Source: Clostridia bacterium
Lineage (GTDB): Bacteria; Bacillota; Clostridia; Oscillospirales; CAG-272
NCBI GenBank assembly: GCA_017463865.1
Contig: JAFTOI010000040.1
Coordinates: forward strand, 40,892-104,891
Direction of reading: 5' to 3'
DNA: 64,000 nucleotides
Position 1 is the stretch's first letter; the number at the start of each line of letters is the position of its first letter. A program made the position numbers and the translations under genes. The notes below the pieces were generated by a model that saw nothing but the letters and a program-made list of their open reading frames with translations, made no database searches and was not told where the DNA came from. This document shows positions 35,742 to 45,301 of the stretch, in pieces.

Positions 35742-38024
35742 TTACTTCTTCTCGCCTCTCAGCTCCACGCGGCGGATCTTGCCGCTGATGGTCTTGGGCA
35801 GCTCGGGCAGGAATTCGACAATTCTCGGGTACTTGTAGGGCGCGGTGTGCTCCTTGACGTAGGTCTGGATCTCCTTCTTGAGCTCATCCGAACCCTCGCG
35901 GCCCTTCACCAGCACGATCGAGGCCTTGACCACCTGGCCGCGGATCGGGTCGGGGGCGGCGGTGACGGCGCACTCGAGGACGTAGGGCAGCTCCATGATG
36001 ACGCTCTCGATCTCGAACGGGCCGATGCGGTAGCCGGACGACTTGATGAGGTCGTCGGTGCGGCCGACGTAGTGGAAGTAGCCGTCCTCGTCACGCCACG
36101 CGGTGTCACCGGTGTGGTACATGCCGTCGTGCCAGGACTCCTTGGTGTGCGCCTCGTCGTTGTAGTAGCCGAGGTAGAGGCCGCAGGGCACAGCCTTGTC
36201 GGTGCGGACGACGATCTCGCCCGTCTCGCCGACGCCCACCGACTTGCCGTCGGGATCGACGATGTCAACATCGTACAGCGGGCTGGGCTTGCCCATCGAG
36301 CCCGGCTTGGGCGTCATGCCGACAAAGTTGCCGACCACCAGTGTTGTCTCGGTCTGGCCGAAGCCCTCCATCAGGCAAAGGCCGGTGGCCTTCTTGAATT
36401 GCTCGTAGACCTCGGGGTTGAGCGCCTCACCGGCGATGGTTGCGTACTCGAGGGAGGACAGATCGTACTTATCCAGCGACTCCTTGATGAAGAAGCGGTA
36501 CATGGTCGGGGGCGCGCAGAAGGTGGTGATGCCGTACTGCTTGAACAGCGGCAGGATATCAGCTGCGTTGAAACGGTCGAAGTCGTAGGTGAAGATGGCC
36601 GTCTCGCAGAGCCACTGGCCGTAGAACTTGCCCCAGAGCGCCTTGCCCCAGCCGGTGTCGGAGATGGTGAAGTGCAGGCCGTCAGGATTGACGTTGTGCC
36701 AGTAGCGGGCGGTCAGATAGTGGCCAAGCGCATACTTGTGAGCGTGGACGGCGATCTTCGGGTAGCCGGTCGTGCCCGAGGTGAAGAACATGATGGCGGG
36801 ATCATCGCCGCCGACGTCGACGCGCTTGAGGTCACCCGAGTAGCGGGGCAGCTCGGCGTCGAAATCGCGCCAGCCCTCGCGGCTGCCGCCGACGAGAACC
36901 TTGGTCACAACGGTCGGGGACTCAGGCAGGGCCTCCTCGATGTGGTTCGGCACGCCATCATCGACGGTGGCCAGGACAGCCGACACGCCGGCCGCGTTGA
37001 AGCGGTAGACGTAGTCCTTCTTCTGCAGCTGGTTGGTGGCGGGGATGCCGATCGCGCCCAGCTTGTGCAGGGCCAGCAGTGCGAGCCAGAACTGGTAGTG
37101 GCGCTTCAGCACCAGCAACACGCGGTCACCCCGCTTGATGCCCAGCGAGCTGAGGTAATTGGCGGTGCGGTTGGACTCGCGGCGGATGTCCTCGAAGGTA
37201 AAGCGGCGCTCGTTCTTGTGCTTGTCGAGGTGGAGCATGGCCAGCTTGTTCGGACAGCGGGCGGCGAGGGCGTCGACGCAGTCGTAGGCGAAGTTGTAGC
37301 GCTCGATGTCATGGAATTTGATCGAGTTGACCACGCCGTTCTCGTCGACGGTGGTGGTCAGGTAGGGCGCGGCGACAGGCGAGTCACCGACGCGGCGGCC
37401 GCCCTTCGGGACGGGCGCGTGGTAAGCGTCGACCTCGGGCGCGGTGTAGGCATGGCCCTCGCCGCCGAGGACGATGGCGTAGAACTGGCAGTCCCCGCCG
37501 CCGGTGGCGATCATGCCGTGGGGGGTGGAGCTGTCATAATGGACGGTATCGCCGGGGTTTAGCACGGCAACATGGTCACCGACCTGCACCTTGAGCTGGC
37601 CGGAGAGGATGATGTCGATCTCCTGCCCGTTGTGGGTGGCGAGGTGGATGGGCTTGTTCTGCTCGTCGGCCGAGAAGGGAGCGCGGACAAGGAAGGGCTC
37701 AGCCAGCTTGTCGCGGAGCATGGGGGAGAGATTGCTGTAGGAGAAGCCGCGGCGGCGGGCGATGGGCAGGCCCTCACCGGCGCGCACGACAGACATCGAA
37801 GTCAGAGTAGGCGACGAACCCTTGAGCAGGTCGGTGACATCGACGCCGAAGCGGTTGGCGCATTTGTAGATAAAGGTGAAGCTGAAATCCGCACGGCCGT
37901 CCTCAAGCTCGGTATACTGCTCGAGGGTGGTGTCGGTGCAGGCCGCCATTTCCTCACGGCTCAGCTCCATGATCTCGCGCAGGGCACGGATGCGTTCTGC
38001 GACTTCTTTGATGCGGTTGTCCAT
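35742..38024 (-). CDS. XRE HTH-cupin fused acyl-CoA synthetase (AMP-binding)
   Basis: N-terminal HTH and cupin; FTSGTTGYPK, EGFGQTE, TGD, GRTDD, PKTISGK motifs. Confidence 0.9.
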   Translation of the reverse strand: MDNRIKEVAERIRALREIMELSREEMAACTDTTLEQYTELEDGRADFSFTFIYKCANRFGVDVTDLLKGSSPTLTSMSVVRAGEGLPIARRRGFSYSNLSPMLRDKLAEPFLVRAPFSADEQNKPIHLATHNGQEIDIILSGQLKVQVGDHVAVLNPGDTVHYDSSTPHGMIATGGGDCQFYAIVLGGEGHAYTAPEVDAYHAPVPKGGRRVGDSPVAAPYLTTTVDENGVVNSIKFHDIERYNFAYDCVDALAARCPNKLAMLHLDKHKNERRFTFEDIRRESNRTANYLSSLGIKRGDRVLLVLKRHYQFWLALLALHKLGAIGIPATNQLQKKDYVYRFNAAGVSAVLATVDDGVPNHIEEALPESPTVVTKVLVGGSREGWRDFDAELPRYSGDLKRVDVGGDDPAIMFFTSGTTGYPKIAVHAHKYALGHYLTARYWHNVNPDGLHFTISDTGWGKALWGKFYGQWLCETAIFTYDFDRFNAADILPLFKQYGITTFCAPPTMYRFFIKESLDKYDLSSLEYATIAGEALNPEVYEQFKKATGLCLMEGFGQTETTLVVGNFVGMTPKPGSMGKPSPLYDVDIVDPDGKSVGVGETGEIVVRTDKAVPCGLYLGYYNDEAHTKESWHDGMYHTGDTAWRDEDGYFHYVGRTDDLIKSSGYRIGPFEIESVIMELPYVLECAVTAAPDPIRGQVVKASIVLVKGREGSDELKKEIQTYVKEHTAPYKYPRIVEFLPELPKTISGKIRRVELRGEKK

Positions 38025-38054
38025 GTGTGTACCTCTTTTCCCGAAAAATTCGTC

Positions 38055-38330
38055 AAAAAAACGTCTCGAGCGGAGGGCACCGGCTCGAGACGAAACTGAT
38101 GTGTTCGTGATTCCTCAAATTGTGCTGCTGACGGGACGCCAACTACGCACGCCTCGGGCTCTATCAAGCCTTATGCCTTGACGCAGCAATAACGGAAGAT
38201 GCCTACCCCCGCGGGTGCGGGCTCGGATCTTCAACTCGGAAGTGATAGCTCGCTGATCGTTCACCGCCGGCTTGCACCTTCCGCCGGCTCTCTGTAGGCT
38301 GCGTGATCGGAACCTCTTCGTCATCGTCTT
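38055..38330 (-). ncRNA. T-box-like leader, probable Ile (ATC) specifier, non-canonical antiterminator
   Basis: AGAGAGCCGG..GGTGCAAGCCGG stem I; ATC at 38244-46; GAGTTG..CCGTTA; AATTTGAGGAATCACG..CGTCTC; terminator CGTCTCGAGC..GCTCGAGACGTTTTTT. Confidence 0.7.
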
Positions 38331-38347
38331 TATTTGATGTTAGGAGC

Positions 38348-38376
38348 ATTATAGCATACGCAAGTGCGTTTGTCAA
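38348..38376 (-). promoter_or_regulatory. sigmaA promoter
   Basis: TTGACA-N17-TATAAT with TG extension. Confidence 0.85.
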
Positions 38377-38944
38377 TGGGGGAGTTGTAAACAAATTGTG
38401 AATGAGAGGTGTGAATAAATTGTAAATTGTGGGGTTGGCTTGGTCGTTTGTACGGGTTGGATCGGAGGAGAGAGGGGCAGCTTACGCCGCATGCCCCTCT
38501 CTCCTCCGGACCTCCTCTCAGCCCTGTTGGCGCGTCAGATTAGATGATGGGGTACCCCTGCCACTTATGTTTGGATTGGATGTGTTTCGTTCGCAAAGTT
38601 ATTTTTATGCAGCTTTGATCGTTTGCATTTTGCTGAGATGATGTAAGGGCACTACCGCTTATGCGCATCAAGGGGTCTTTCGGTTATCGAGAGGAAAGCC
38701 GACTGCGTTGGACGGTTGGGCAAGTGCATACGGTTTGGCCGGGGACGATTGTGCAGATGAAATTGTTCGTGCCAATTATTATTTATGTAAGGATAGGTCG
38801 CTCGGGCAAATCAGATGTTGTGATAGGTTGTCAGTGGTCCCTCTTCTCTTCTGGCTGCCACGAAGGAAACGATCAGCGCGAATGCTCATGCTCGAAGATT
38901 TCCGCCCGGATACCAAAAAATCAAAACAAATTTTCTTAAACCCC

Positions 38945-38973
38945 TTGCAATCCCCCTGAAACTATGCTATAAT
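38945..38973 (+). promoter_or_regulatory. sigmaA promoter of secG
   Basis: TTGCAA-N17-TATAAT with TG extension. Confidence 0.7.
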
Positions 38974-39089
38974 AACTATACGTCAATTTTTGCGCATGCC
39001 ACGCATGCGATCATCGCGGGTCGCTTCTCCGCCGGGGGCGATGCCAGGGATCATACGAAAGTGCGGCGGAGAAATGGAGCTATTCGAAA

Positions 39090-39329
39090 ATGGATATTCT
39101 GGAAATTATCATCGGTATCGTTCTGCTGATTATGGCAATTTTCCTTGTTGCTGCTATCCTGATGCAGTCCGGTAAGGACAAGCGCCTCTCCGGTACCATT
39201 GCAGGCGGCGCTGAGACCTTCTTCGGCAAGTCCAAGGCCAGCACGATGGACAAGATGCTTTCGAAGGTGACCACCATCGTTGCCATTGTCTTCGCTGTTC
39301 TTGTTCTGGTTCTGTATGTCATCATCTGA
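39090..39329 (+). CDS. secG: Preprotein translocase subunit SecG
   Basis: ILMQSGK..LSGTIAGGAETFFGK; 2 TM; upstream of rnr. Confidence 0.92.
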   Translation: MDILEIIIGIVLLIMAIFLVAAILMQSGKDKRLSGTIAGGAETFFGKSKASTMDKMLSKVTTIVAIVFAVLVLVLYVII

Positions 39330-39454
39330 TCATACAGCGCTCGGCATGACAATACCGCTTTTGGGTATGCTGTATCCAAAGGCGGTTTTTGCTTTCTTGA
39401 TGTGGTTTATAGAAAACTTGTATTGATTTTTACGAAAGAAGTTGGATAAATATT

Positions 39455-41590
39455 ATGCCTAAAACAAACAAAAAACGAAACAAACAGCCCGCCCGCCGGC
39501 CGGTGCGGCGGGGCGGCAAGCAGGAGGGGGCGCGCAGGCAGAGGAATGCGCCTCAGGCGGCTGCGGTCGAGACGGCGCAGGCGGCTACTCGTGCGGCGGT
39601 CACCCTCAACGGTGTCTTTCACGGCACGTCGCGCGGGTTTGGCTTTATTACCCCCGACGTGGATGAGGGGGCGCCGGCAGCTGAGGATGTCTTTGTTCCC
39701 GCCCGCATGACAGGCGGGGCAATCGACGGCGACCGGGTCGCGTTCGTGATGCAGCAGCCTGACCGGCGGCAGTTCAGCCGCGGTGACCGCGGGGACCGCG
39801 GCGGCCGTGAGGAGCGGCCCGAGGCGGCGGTCACGGAGGTGCTGGAGCGGAGTGTGACTACCCTTATTGGTGAGTTCTGCGTCGAGGCGCACATCCGGGG
39901 CCGGCGCACGGTTCGCCGCCTTTATGCGCTGCCTGAGAACAAGAAGCTGGCCTTTGAGATCGAGATCGCGCCGGCTGACAGCTTTGGTGCGGCCCGGGGC
40001 GACAAGATCGAGCTGGAGCTGATCGAGTACCCCACTGCCGGCACGCCGGCGCGGGGCAAGGTGACGCGTATCTTCGGCCCGAAGGACACCCGTGCGGCCA
40101 ACTATGCGGCTATTCTGCACGAGAACGGCATCCCGACCGAGTTTCCGGCCGACGTGCTGGCCGAGGCTGACGAGGTGGCGGCCAAGCGCATTACCTCACG
40201 CGGGCGGCTCGACCTGCGGGGGGAGATTATCTTCACCATCGACAGCGCCGATGCCAAGGACCTCGACGACGCCGTTTCGCTGAAGCGTACCGCCGACGGC
40301 TGGCAGCTGGGCGTGCACATTGCCGATGTGTCCCACTATGTCAAGGCTGGCTCGGCCATCGACCGCGAGGCGATGGCGCGCGGGACGAGCGTCTATTTCA
40401 CCGATCAGGTGGTGCCGATGCTGCCGGTGGCGCTGTCCAACGGCTGCTGCTCGCTGAACGGCGGTGTCAGCCGCTACGCCATGTCGGCGCTGCTTGATCT
40501 GGCGCCCGACGGCAGTCTGCGGGGCTGTGAGATGGCTGAGTCGATCATCCGCTCGACCGTGCGGGGTGTTTACAGCGAGGTCAACGACATCTTCGAGAAG
40601 GGCGAGCAGTCCGAGTTTGCCGGGAAGTATGCCGCCGTTCTGCCGGTGCTGGGCGACATGCGTGAGCTGTACGAGATCCTCGCCGCCCGCTCGGCGAAGC
40701 GGGGCGCACTGTCGCTTGAGACGGCTGAGGCGAAGTTCATCCTCGACGAGGAGGGCGAGCCGGTCGACATCATCCGCCGCGAGCGGGGGGATGCCGAGAA
40801 GATGATCGAGCAGTTCATGCTCGCCGCCAACGAGGGTGTGGCGACCTGGCTCAACGAGCGCGGTCTGCCCTGCGTTTACCGCGTACACGAGGAGCCGCTG
40901 GAGGACAAGATCCGCGCTTTCTCCGAATTTGCGTGGAACCTCGGCCTGCCGGTGGGCAAGCTGGGGCAGGGCAAGGCGTCGCCCGCCGATCTCGCGGCCG
41001 TGATGGAGCGGGCGAGTGAGAAGGAGCTGGGCGAGATCGTGTCCTTTGTGCTGCTGCGCTCGCTGCAGAAGGCGCGCTATGCGACCGAGGCGCTGGGACA
41101 TTTCGGCCTCGGGATCAAGTTGTACGCGCATTTCACCTCGCCGATCCGCCGCTATCCCGACCTGTCGGTGCACCGCATCATCCGCACGGCGCTGGCCGGC
41201 AAGGCGACCGGCAAGACGCTGGACAAGCTGACCTCCTTTGCCGAGCGCTCGGCGAAGGAGTCGAGCGAGAATGAGGTGCGCGCGCTGATGGCCGAGCGCG
41301 AGATCGAGGACCTGTACAAGACCATCTTCATGTCGGCGCATGTCGGCGAGGAGTTTGACGCGCGGATCTCGTCGGTCACCGGCTTCGGCCTCTTTGCTGA
41401 GCTGGACAACACCTGCGAGGGGCTGATCCCCATTGCGACGCTGGACGGTTATTTTGTGTACGACGAGAAGAACTACCGTCTTACCTGCGGCGCGCAGGTC
41501 TACCGCCTCGGCGACCGCATTCGTGTGCGGATCGAGGAGGCTGACGTCTCGGCGCACAAGGTTGAGATGCGGCTCATCCGGGCGCTGTGA
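39455..41590 (+). CDS. rnr: Ribonuclease R
   Basis: FTIDSADAKDLDDA, HFTSPIRRYPDL, C-terminal S1 domain. Confidence 0.95.
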   Translation: MPKTNKKRNKQPARRPVRRGGKQEGARRQRNAPQAAAVETAQAATRAAVTLNGVFHGTSRGFGFITPDVDEGAPAAEDVFVPARMTGGAIDGDRVAFVMQQPDRRQFSRGDRGDRGGREERPEAAVTEVLERSVTTLIGEFCVEAHIRGRRTVRRLYALPENKKLAFEIEIAPADSFGAARGDKIELELIEYPTAGTPARGKVTRIFGPKDTRAANYAAILHENGIPTEFPADVLAEADEVAAKRITSRGRLDLRGEIIFTIDSADAKDLDDAVSLKRTADGWQLGVHIADVSHYVKAGSAIDREAMARGTSVYFTDQVVPMLPVALSNGCCSLNGGVSRYAMSALLDLAPDGSLRGCEMAESIIRSTVRGVYSEVNDIFEKGEQSEFAGKYAAVLPVLGDMRELYEILAARSAKRGALSLETAEAKFILDEEGEPVDIIRRERGDAEKMIEQFMLAANEGVATWLNERGLPCVYRVHEEPLEDKIRAFSEFAWNLGLPVGKLGQGKASPADLAAVMERASEKELGEIVSFVLLRSLQKARYATEALGHFGLGIKLYAHFTSPIRRYPDLSVHRIIRTALAGKATGKTLDKLTSFAERSAKESSENEVRALMAEREIEDLYKTIFMSAHVGEEFDARISSVTGFGLFAELDNTCEGLIPIATLDGYFVYDEKNYRLTCGAQVYRLGDRIRVRIEEADVSAHKVEMRLIRAL

Positions 41591-41615
41591 GGCGAACGTG
41601 TGCATCAGAATCGAA

Positions 41616-41655
41616 AAAGTCCCCCGACTGTCGTTGACGACAGTCGGGGGACTTT
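41616..41655. terminator. Bidirectional terminator
   Basis: AAAGTCCCCCGACTGTCG-ttga-CGACAGTCGGGGGACTTT. Confidence 0.85.
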
Positions 41656-41660
41656 GCTGT

Positions 41661-42602
41661 TCAGTCGAAGGTTGCCAGCTGCTTTTCGGGCGGTTCGGCG
41701 GGGACGAGGGTGCTGACCTTGAGCACCGGGCCGGGGCCGTCGTAGACCTTGTGCCGCTCGATCACGAGCTGGCCGGTGACGGTCACCCAGTCGTAGGAGT
41801 GGAGGTTTTCGCTGTCCTTCCATTTGCAGGCGATGCCGCTGTACTGGATATCGTCGGCGCAGCAGGTCATCACATGCCGACCGCAGATGAAGCTTCCACG
41901 GGGAATGGTGTGATCCTTGAGCACCACGCCCTTGAAGCGCACCTTTTTCTTGGCGTATTTTTCGGGTTCCTCGGCCAGATCGCGGTACCAGTAGGCGTAG
42001 TCCCGATCCTCAATGCGGATGATCTCGGCGTTGATGTCGAAGGGAAGGGGGTCTTCGATGGTGTCGTATTCGATGGTGCCGTCGGTCATGTCGTAGATGA
42101 TCTTGGCGCTGCGGCTGACGCCGCGTACCAGCTTGTGCAGGGGCATGCGGTCGGTGTCGGCCTCCATGCGGTTGAAGGCGACGAGCTCGCAGGAGGTCAG
42201 CTTATCGACGACAAGACTGCGCATGTTTTTGTTGTAGAGCTCGATGGTGCGCGCGTCGCAGAGGAAGAGCTCCTGGAAGATGAACCACGCGTCGGGGAGA
42301 TTGTCGTACAGTGAGTTCAGCTTCCACATGCCGTTGTATTCGATCATGACCAGCACCGCGTTGTGCTTCTTCTGCAGGGCGGTGAGGTGCGCGGGGGTGA
42401 GGTCGTGCTCGTTTTCGATCAGCTCGCAGTACACGTTCGGCGCGCAGAAGGCCGAGGGATCGTATTCCTCGATGCCTTCCTCGCAGACCAGCAGGAGGAT
42501 GCTGCCCTCCGGCGCGAGCGCCTGCTCGGCCAGGGTATCCTGAATGAATCTGGTCTTGCCCGCTTCGAGGAACCCGGTGAACAAATAGACGGGAATTTCC
42601 AT
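41661..42602 (-). CDS. CobW-like GTPase domain plus C-terminal TCCxxD domain protein
   Basis: TGFLEAGKT, EYNGMW, GRHVMTCCADD motifs. Confidence 0.75.
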   Translation of the reverse strand: MEIPVYLFTGFLEAGKTRFIQDTLAEQALAPEGSILLLVCEEGIEEYDPSAFCAPNVYCELIENEHDLTPAHLTALQKKHNAVLVMIEYNGMWKLNSLYDNLPDAWFIFQELFLCDARTIELYNKNMRSLVVDKLTSCELVAFNRMEADTDRMPLHKLVRGVSRSAKIIYDMTDGTIEYDTIEDPLPFDINAEIIRIEDRDYAYWYRDLAEEPEKYAKKKVRFKGVVLKDHTIPRGSFICGRHVMTCCADDIQYSGIACKWKDSENLHSYDWVTVTGQLVIERHKVYDGPGPVLKVSTLVPAEPPEKQLATFD

Positions 42603-42618
42603 GGTCATCCTCCTCTGC

Positions 42619-43764
42619 TTAAAGCATGAACAGTTCCTTTAAGGCATCCTCGTGGATATCCGAGCCGATGACGCAGAGACGGCCCGTCGGCGCGGCGCTG
42701 CCCGAACGGACGTCGGGCTCGCCGGGGACATAGTCGAAGTGGATGAAGCCGTCGGGGCCGTTGACGATGCCCTTGGCGCGGAGGATGATGCCGTATTTGC
42801 GCTCGTTCTCCAGCGCTTCGAGGGCGGCGGTGATCTCCTCTACCGTGTAGCGGCGGCCGGTCTCCGCGCCGAAGCTGGTGAAGACCTCGTCGGCGTGGTG
42901 ATGGTGGTGGTCATGCTTGTGGTCGTGATCGTGGCCGCAGCAGCAATGGCCGTCGTGGTCATGGTCGTGATGATCGTGGTCATGGTCATGGTCATGATGG
43001 TCATGCTCATGGTCGTGATCGTGGCCGCAGCAGCAGTGATCGTCGTGATCGTGGTGGTGATGCTCATGCTCGTGGTGATGCTCGTGCTCATGCTCATGCT
43101 CGTGATGGTGGCCGCAGACGGGGCAGACCTGTGCTTCCTCGGTCAGCTGCTGGAGCTCGGCTGCGAGCGTGTTTTTCTTCTCGAGCACCTCCAGGATCTG
43201 GGCGCCGGTGAGCTGCTCCCAGGGGGTGGTGAGGATGTCGGCTGTGGGATTGTGTTCCCGGATCAGCTCGACGCAGGCGGTCAGCTTGGCGTCGGAGACG
43301 CCGGTGGTGTGGCTGAGAATGATAGTGCCGGCGCTCTCGATTTGATTATTGAAGAATTCACCGAAGTTCTTCATGTACATCTTGCACTTGTTGACGTCGA
43401 CCACTGCGGCGGCCGCACCCAGCTGGATGCCGGCGGTGTCGATGTTTTTCACCGCGCCGATGACGTCGCTGAGCTTGCCGACGCCGGAGGGCTCGATGAG
43501 GATGCGGTCGGGCGTGTAGTCGGCGAGTACCTGCTGCAGGGCCTTCCCGAAATCGCCGACCAGGCTGCAGCAGATACAGCCCGAGTTCATCTCGGTGATG
43601 TTGACGCCGGCGTCCTGCAGGAAGCCGCCGTCGATGCCGATATCGCCGAATTCGTTTTCGATCAGCACCAGCTTTTCACCGGCGTAGGCCTCGGCGATGA
43701 GCTTTTTGATGAGGGTGGTCTTTCCCGCGCCGAGAAAACCGGAGAATATGTCGATTTTCGTCAT
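42619..43764 (-). CDS. COG0523/CobW family metallochaperone GTPase with His-rich insert
   Basis: SGFLGAGKTT, ENEFG, GCICC, IEPSG, long His/Asp/Glu/Cys tract, RAKG. Confidence 0.92.
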   Translation of the reverse strand: MTKIDIFSGFLGAGKTTLIKKLIAEAYAGEKLVLIENEFGDIGIDGGFLQDAGVNITEMNSGCICCSLVGDFGKALQQVLADYTPDRILIEPSGVGKLSDVIGAVKNIDTAGIQLGAAAAVVDVNKCKMYMKNFGEFFNNQIESAGTIILSHTTGVSDAKLTACVELIREHNPTADILTTPWEQLTGAQILEVLEKKNTLAAELQQLTEEAQVCPVCGHHHEHEHEHEHHHEHEHHHHDHDDHCCCGHDHDHEHDHHDHDHDHDHHDHDHDGHCCCGHDHDHKHDHHHHHADEVFTSFGAETGRRYTVEEITAALEALENERKYGIILRAKGIVNGPDGFIHFDYVPGEPDVRSGSAAPTGRLCVIGSDIHEDALKELFML

Positions 43765-44039
43765 GGATCTGTCTCCTTGGGTTTGAAGATTCTTATGGGG
43801 TTAGCGGAAGCTAACTTTCGATTCGGACATTCGACCACCCGTCGATCAGTGGCCGTTCATCTGGCTTATATTATACATCATTTCGGCGGGGGTTGTCAAT
43901 ACCCAGCTTTGATCTGCAGGTGCGGTCGTGCTGAGGTTTCCACCTTGCTGACCGCAAAAAACAAAATCCCCGCATCGTGTAGACCACTCCCCGGCGATTA
44001 GACAGAAAAAAGAAACACCTATCGCAGAATATCTCATTT

Positions 44040-44891
44040 TTACGCGGCTTTGCTCCTGATTTCGTCAGGGGTAAGGCCGTTTTCGATGTTGATGCGCTCG
44101 AAGTTGTAGAAATACATGTACTCAGCCACTGCAGCTTCAACCTCGGCGCGATCAGAGAACTTCATCCGGTTCAGGCACTCGCACTTGAGTGTGCCAAAAA
44201 AATTTTCCATTGCAGCGTTGTCATATGGGCATCCGGGACTGGACATAGACGGCTGAATGTGGTATAATTGTATTAGGTCAAAATATTCATTGGATGTGTA
44301 TTGAGACCCCTGGTCACTGTGGAGTGTGAGTCCAACAGTGACCTTTTCTTTTGCAAGTGCATTCCTGATCGTATCGGTCACAAGCGTCGTCGTCATATCG
44401 TCGCCGACTCGCCATGCTAGGATCTTCCGTCCACACAGATCCATAACGGCACACAGGTAAACGAACCCTTTCGACGTGTGGATATAGGTAATGTCCGTCA
44501 CCCAGAAGGTATTGGGATGTTCCTGCCGGAACTGTCGCGCCAGCAGGTTTTGGTATTTGTGCACAGCATTTTTGTGACATGTATATGTTTTTCGACGTCG
44601 AATCACAGAGGAAATACCGTATTTCCGCATGATTCGCCGTATTTTCTTGATATTTACCGGTATATGCAGCTTTTCCCGGAAGTATTTCCACATTCTGCGG
44701 CAGCCGTAGGTTTGTTTTGATCGGTTCCAGATCTCTTTGATCTTATCTGCTGTTTCCTGATCACGATCCGGCTCTCTTTGTCGCTTCCGCCAGGCGTAGT
44801 AACTGCTGCGCGCAACTTCGAAAATTTTACACATTTCTGTGATGCTGTATGTATTCCTGAATCGTTCGATCACTCTGTATTTCAGGCTCAC
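44040..44891 (-). CDS. IS3 transposase OrfB (DDE, rve integrase core)
   Basis: WVTDITY, HSDQGSQY, DNAAMENFFGTLKCE motifs. Confidence 0.93.
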   Translation of the reverse strand: MSLKYRVIERFRNTYSITEMCKIFEVARSSYYAWRKRQREPDRDQETADKIKEIWNRSKQTYGCRRMWKYFREKLHIPVNIKKIRRIMRKYGISSVIRRRKTYTCHKNAVHKYQNLLARQFRQEHPNTFWVTDITYIHTSKGFVYLCAVMDLCGRKILAWRVGDDMTTTLVTDTIRNALAKEKVTVGLTLHSDQGSQYTSNEYFDLIQLYHIQPSMSSPGCPYDNAAMENFFGTLKCECLNRMKFSDRAEVEAAVAEYMYFYNFERINIENGLTPDEIRSKAA

Positions 44892-45196
44892 CTCCTCCCA
44901 GCTTCTAACAGAAAATTTCGCAGCAGCTCCACTTCCTTCTTTGCCTGATCGAGCTCTCTCTTCAGTCTTTCTACCTCATTTTCCTCTGCTGGAGCTTTCC
45001 GCGGACGTCCCTTCGGGCGCGGAATGTATCCTTCTGCAATTGCACGCATCTTTCGATTCTGCCGTGTCACCAGCTGCTTGATCTGCTGTTTTGTCAATCC
45101 GTAGCTTTCTCCGATCTGCCGGTTTGTTTCTCCTGCCTCTTTGCGCCGGAATACTTCTTCCGTGATCCATTCCATTTTTGTGTATTGTCTGGCCAT
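44888..45196 (-). CDS. IS3 transposase OrfA
   Basis: HTH, KGRPRK, coiled coil; AGGAGG RBS. Confidence 0.85.
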   Translation of the reverse strand: MARQYTKMEWITEEVFRRKEAGETNRQIGESYGLTKQQIKQLVTRQNRKMRAIAEGYIPRPKGRPRKAPAEENEVERLKRELDQAKKEVELLRNFLLEAGRR

Positions 45197-45301
45197 GACA
45201 AAACCTCCTGTTGTAGTTATATCTATTCTACAACAGGAGGCTCTTTTTGTCACTGTCTATTTTCTGGGGTGTAGTCCAGTGGTGCGGGGATTTCGTTTAG
45301 C

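Larger units (their letters stand above)
43980..45278 (-). mobile_element. IS3-family (IS150-like) insertion sequence with 3-bp GTG target duplication
   Basis: Imperfect terminal IRs (TGGACTACACCCCAGAAAATAGACAG / TAGACCACTCCCCGGCGATTAGACAG); GTG at 43977-79 and 45279-81; orfA and orfB. Confidence 0.9.

Noticed and set aside
38055-38330. Lysine or SAM riboswitch interpretation of the ligase leader
   Set aside because: It lacks those cores, and the stem I and antiterminator/terminator layout fits a T-box.
38990-39085. Structured RNA or tRNA upstream of secG
   Set aside because: Only short palindromes; no cloverleaf or known motif recognised.
42895-43115. Low-complexity (GTGATC/ATGGTC)n tract as a non-coding repeat
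   Set aside because: It encodes the His-rich insert of the CobW GTPase.
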